A program made the translations under genes and the position numbers. The notes beneath the pieces were generated by a model. That model was not told the DNA's origin. It ran no database searches and worked only from the letters and a program-made list of their open reading frames with translations. From assembly GCF_009834535.1 (NCBI RefSeq), contig NC_045697.1, forward strand, positions 3,350,001-3,414,000: DNA of 64,000 nucleotides, read 5' to 3'. Each line of letters begins with the position of its first letter. Within the stretch, counting starts at the first letter, position 1. This DNA comes from Camelus ferus (taxonomy: Eukaryota). Below, one piece after another: positions 59,203 through 64,000 of this stretch.

Positions 59203-61626
59203 TTTTGAGTAAAACCAAACTCACTGTCACCACCACAGCCTCAGAGCTCCCTGTCCTCCCAGCGCCATCCCAGGCCATCTCCTCCTCTCTGCACCCATCT
59301 CTCTGGCCCCAGGGCCTTTGCACATGCTATTATTGATCACAGTTTTCATACACCACTTTCTCAGAGCAGCCCTCTCTCCCCGGCAGCTCCCAAACTGGGT
59401 CAAGTGCTTTGCTCTGCACTTTCGGAGGACTGTGACCTCTTCTTCTAACGTGATCATGAGGTAATTAAGTACAATTAACAGTGAGTGATGATTAGTTAAT
59501 ATTGATAGTTAATTGCAACGGATCAGGCAATTATTCAGTCAAGGCCTGCTCCTGTGCTAGGCTGTCAGCTCCACGGGGAAGGAGCTAAATCACCAGTGCT
59601 CTCCAGAGTGCCCTGTGTAGATCAAGTAAGTCCTCTAGAAATAGTTGTGGAAGGAAGGGAGGGAGCCAGGGGGCTCTGTGTCTGCAGAACTCTCGTCTAC
59701 CTGGCTGGAGACCCACCCAGGCCTCAGATTCAGGAGCTCCCAGGCCCCAGTGGCTCTGTGTGACTGTACAGAACAGCATGGGTTGGAACAAAGTGACAGA
59801 GACCCCCACTCTGGTCCAGGTTCCACTGGGCCCCCGTCACCAAAGAGGAACTGCTGCGGGGGCCCAGGAGGAAACGTCTCCTGGACACCAGCTGTCGTTC
59901 TGGGAGACGCGTCTTGAATCCCCCTGGCCTGGGCAAGGATGGGGGTTTTGGCGGGATGTCGCTAAACCTGCCCGAGGCAATCCAGGAAGGCTCTGGGGAG
60001 GAAGTGACATTCAGGTTGTTCACCAGGTAGGCTGGGGAGAAGGCTAGAAATAGACACAGAATCAAGGTCTGGGTTCAGTCTAGGTACCTGTCCTGCCACA
60101 CATTAATTGCTGTGCCCCAAAAGGCAGCCACTTACCAGACATCTCCACCTCCATCTCGCTTGGCAAACCTCAATTTCTGTAACTCCCAAGGCCGCATTTT
60201 ACACCATCCCAGCCTCTGTCAATAGGGTAACAAGTGTCTAACTCCCAGAGACTATCAACACGCTAATGAGGACTTAGTACTGGTCCTAAAAGGACCAATA
60301 TCCAAAGAATGAAATGCCACACCAGTATTTCTCCCATCTGCAGCAGGCCTGTGGAAGAGCATGGAACAGTGTGAGGGGTTCAGCAGCAGAGTGACCTTGG
60401 CAGCCAGGCTGTGCATGCCCAGCACCCTCACTGCATCCTCTTCTACCTCTGAACCTAGCTATGCCAGGGCGGGGGGCAGGGAGAGCCCTGGGGTTTTCTC
60501 GGTGCCCGCTGTGTGCCCGGCACCGCCTCAGACACTGGATGTGAATTCTCTCCTTCACGTGTTCCATCCCAGGGACTCACAGAATAAGCAATGAAACCAC
60601 CTCTTTAAAGGTGGGGATGGACCGAGTCACCTGCCCGGGGCTGTCGGGGAAAAGACGCACAGCTCCCCATCTGCCCAACAGCAGGGTCTGCCTCCTCTCT
60701 GCCCACGACCTCCTGCCTCCAGCCAAAGAATTCCTCAGAAATTGCCTTTCAGGTGAAGACCAATTCCTCACTCCCCCTTCCATCCTCCCCCCACCCCAAG
60801 ATGGTGTGTTGTCCACGGCTCCTTAGACAGTTGAGTAAATAAAGACAGCCCAACCTGCACAGCCTGCCCGACGCCCCCCAGCCCCGGCCGCCCGGGTGGG
60901 GATGAGTGAAGCAGAACAAACAGATCAATGAAGGTAATCACAAGCCGCTTCAGGGGGCTCACGGACGACGTTTTTCCTGCACTTCGAAGCTGCTAGGTTG
61001 GGAGCATCCATCAGACCATTACGTGTCCCAGAATCCCAGACAGGTTTCCGCAGAGGTCTTGGGCTCAGACAGCCCGTTGCCAGCATAAAGGAGAGGCAGT
61101 TCCCACTGGTCCCGTGCCTGCTAACCCGGGGAATGAAGTCCCGGCTCTGCAGCGTCTGCGGTATGGCCGAGGGTGGCACCCCCCGACCACACTGAGGATG
61201 ACAGCAGGGACCTTGTGAGTGGCCACTGGGTACCCGCCTCTGGGCTAAGCCCTACAGGGGCATCTCATTCCTCTGTACAACACCCCGGGGAGGGCACCAC
61301 CATTATCCCCGTTTTACAGACGAGGAGGCACAGAGAGGATGGGAACTTGTCCAAGACTGCACAGTGGGTTCCAACCCAGGCCCTTCGTACTGTGCCCCCA
61401 CCCACAGCGGCCCCTCTGCCCCCGGGGGGCTCAGGCAGCTGGAGCCCCCAGTGCAGGTGGGTCACCAATGTCACGCTGTCAAATGTCCAAGGTTACCGCC
61501 CAGCACAGGGAGCTGGGATCCCCCCGTGTCTCTTCTCCAAGAGCTGGGTTCTTCCCCTGTCACTGGGAGAGGGGTCCCCATTGACTGGGAGGGGGACAGA
61601 TCACCTGGGTCTCCCTTAGTCTAAAG

Positions 61627-61855
61627 CAGTGGTTCTAACTGCCAGGGATTTGCCCCGGGGGCACTTGGAAATATTTGGAGACGTTTTTGGTTGCTACCTT
61701 GGTTGGGGAGCTGGGGGGTGAGGGACCCACTGCCGGCATCTCGCGGGTAGAGGCCAGGGATGTCGCTAAACACCCCGCAAAGCACGGGACAGCCCCCCGC
61801 CCACAGCACAGAACTACCCAGCCCCGATGGCAGCAGTGCCGAGAGAGAAAGCCAG
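61627..61855 (+). mobile_element. MER20 hAT-Charlie DNA transposon
   Basis: cagtggttct..gatttgcccc..tggagacgtttttggttg..ggcatctcgcgggtagaggccagggatgtcgctaaaca..ggacagccccc..agtgccgag. Confidence 0.85.
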
Positions 61856-63019
61856 TCCAAAGGAAGTGCCTCCGGATGGAGCTGTTACCCATCCTCTCCC
61901 CTTTAGCGTCTCTGGTCACCTTGGTGTCTGCCACGGTAATGTTACAGCGCCCCAAGGCAGCCCTGGGGGCGGGGCTGCAGCCAAGTGCTGGGGCCCCTCC
62001 CCCCCGCACACCCGCCCCGCCAGCTCTGGGCTGAAGGAGCCCGCCTGGCTGGACCCAGGCTTCTCCGGGGCTGATCTCCGTGTCTCGGGCAGGCCGCCCC
62101 ACCTCCTTGAGCCCCACTTTCCCCATCTTGCTGCACCATGAAACGCGCCAACGGGTACACAGCGCTTAGAACGTGGCCTGCGGGAGCCGCTCTCCCTTCG
62201 CACCCAGTGCCGCGCTCCCAGCTCCACTCCTGCCCCAGCGGAGGCCAGACGATGACGCACCTGCGGGGGCGGGGGTGGGGGGAGGCGTTTGCAGAGCAAC
62301 GTGCCTCAGATGGCTCGTATGTAGAAGGACGGTCCCTTTTTAAAGGTGCTGGACACGGGGAAGGCACTCAGTAAATACTCACTGGATGAACGAATGGGTG
62401 TCGTTATGGTCACAGAATCCAGCCCAGAGCAGCTAATCCAGCTCTCAGTCTCCGTGCTCGGCTGTTAGTCTCTCACGACCGAATCGGTGTGAGCAGGGGG
62501 GTGAGCCTAGGAGGCGGCACCCCCACGGGGAGGGGGGGGGCGCCAGCACGCTGTAGTCTGTAAGGCGCGGTCTGCAACGCCTCGTCTTGTCTTTGTGTCA
62601 TCTGTATCTCACAACAGCCAGAAGCCAGAGCAGTGTCACCAACCCCAACTTACAGAGGAAGGAACTGAGGCTCAGAGACGAGAAGAGGTTTGTACCCCTC
62701 TCCCCACCTCCATTCTCCACCCACTTGGGTGGTGAATCTAAGATCAGTGTAAGAGGAAGGAAGATGGAAAGACCTCGCACTTTCTAGGAAGAATGACTGA
62801 TAGACTGAGCGACTGATTGATTGGATGACTGAGCTAAATGAATGAATTCTGCGACTGTCAGGATGTAAATGGTAAGTTTAATACACAGGCAGTTTCAGAT
62901 CCTTGCAAACACTTCAGAAGCACCAGTTTGTTCATGAATAATTGATAAGCTAAGGACAGACTGTTCCTAGCTACTCCTTGTCAACCCCCACCCCCACAGC
63001 GAGCCAGACCCAGGCTGAG

Positions 63020-63310
63020 CACCCACCCCTCTGAGCCTTCACACAAGTAGTTCCATCCACAGGACACTGAGTACCGTTTCTCCTTTCCAGTCTCTGACTG
63101 ACCCTTCACAAGCCTGATGAGCTGTCCCTTCTCTGGGAAGCCTCTCACCCAATCCCTTACCCCTACAGACAAGGCTGATTAAACTGCCCCTCCTTGGTGT
63201 CCCCACAGAATTGCTTTGTGACAACTGCGCTCTTTGTATGTGATGTTTGCACACTTGTCTCTCCACTGAGCAGAGGGTGCCTCAGTGGTGTACCTGGCAC
63301 AGGTGGAGTG
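63020..63310 (+). mobile_element. L2 LINE 3' end
   Basis: gagccttcacacaag..ccttctctgggaagcctctc..ttgtctctccactg..gtacctggcacag, followed by a TGGA tail. Confidence 0.6.
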
Positions 63311-63321
63311 GGAGAAGGAGC

Positions 63322-63520
63322 GGATGGGTGGGATGGATGGATGGAAACAGAGAAGGAAGGGAAGGAAGGCAGGAGAAAGACAGGCGAGTGGATGGATGGA
63401 TGGAAGGCTAGATGGATAGATGGATGGGGGATGGGTGAATGGATGGATAGATGGATGGGTAGCGGGGTGGTGTATGGATGGAAAGGTCAGTGGGTGGGTG
63501 GATGGGTAGATGAATGGAGG
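63322..63520. repeat. (TGGA)n degenerate simple repeat
   Basis: Directly visible. Confidence 0.9.
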
Positions 63521-63759
63521 GACGAACAGCAAATTCTGGAGTCATGTGACTGCATGTTCTTGAACTCTTCTTCTAATGAAAACTGGCCTTGTGTAGACTT
63601 CCCACCAGCCTAGGACTGGGTCTTGGTCTCCTCTGTCTTTGCACAGTGTCTCTCAGCCTCTGAAGCTGTGGGACAAGGCCTCTCTCTCCACATCCCCTCT
63701 GGGAGGATTCCCTGTGCCCAGCTCTAAGTGGCCAGTGCTGCACAGGCTCCAGCCTAGCC

Positions 63760-64000
63760 CGTCCTCTCCACTCCTCACTCACACATCCAGAGTCCTGCTT
63801 CCCGCTTGGATGTCTCAGGTCCTCTAAAATCAGTCTGCTCCAGATGCAATTCATTATTCGCACTCACGAACCCACTTCTCCCCCAGCATCTCCCCCTTTG
63901 TCATCCCCATCACTGAAGCCTGACCGCCACAGTCCAGACCTCCATCACCCTTCACCTGGACTACGGCAGTGGCCTCCAGCCTGGTCCCTCCTACCCCACC
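63760..64000 (+). mobile_element. L2 LINE fragment (truncated by window end)
   Basis: ccgcttggatgtctcagg..tccatcacccttcacctggactacggcagtggcctcc. Confidence 0.6.

Noticed and set aside
1..64000. Identity of the host or neighbouring gene
   Set aside because: No exon with recognisable protein similarity; naming a gene would be a guess without alignment

Overview
GC-rich mammalian non-coding DNA (intronic or intergenic). It is most likely from a camelid (camel, alpaca or llama), inferred from four copies of a tRNA-Ala-derived SINE that resembles the camelid vic-1 type. I recognise no protein-coding gene, rRNA, true tRNA or CRISPR array, and the listed ORFs are explained by GC-rich chance ORFs, tandem repeats or decayed transposons. 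The window is a mosaic of old eutherian repeats (MIR, L2, L1M, MLT1, MER21, MER20, MER58, Charlie), several ERV1-type solo LTRs (two with clear 4-bp TSDs), minisatellites and short AT-rich unique islands that look like enhancers. The strongest functional signals are: a near-perfect REST/NRSF RE1 silencer at 42099-42119 with a second RE1-like site at 58325-58345; an extended CTCF site at 2130-2161; a solo LTR at 40824-41402 with phased CCAAT boxes and a TATA box; an unexplained ~126-bp duplication (~86% identity) 10.1 kb apart; and two candidate small exons. Repeat family names come from recalled consensus sequences, not a database search, and boundaries of old repeats are approximate. I found no convincing evidence for a wholly new biological system.
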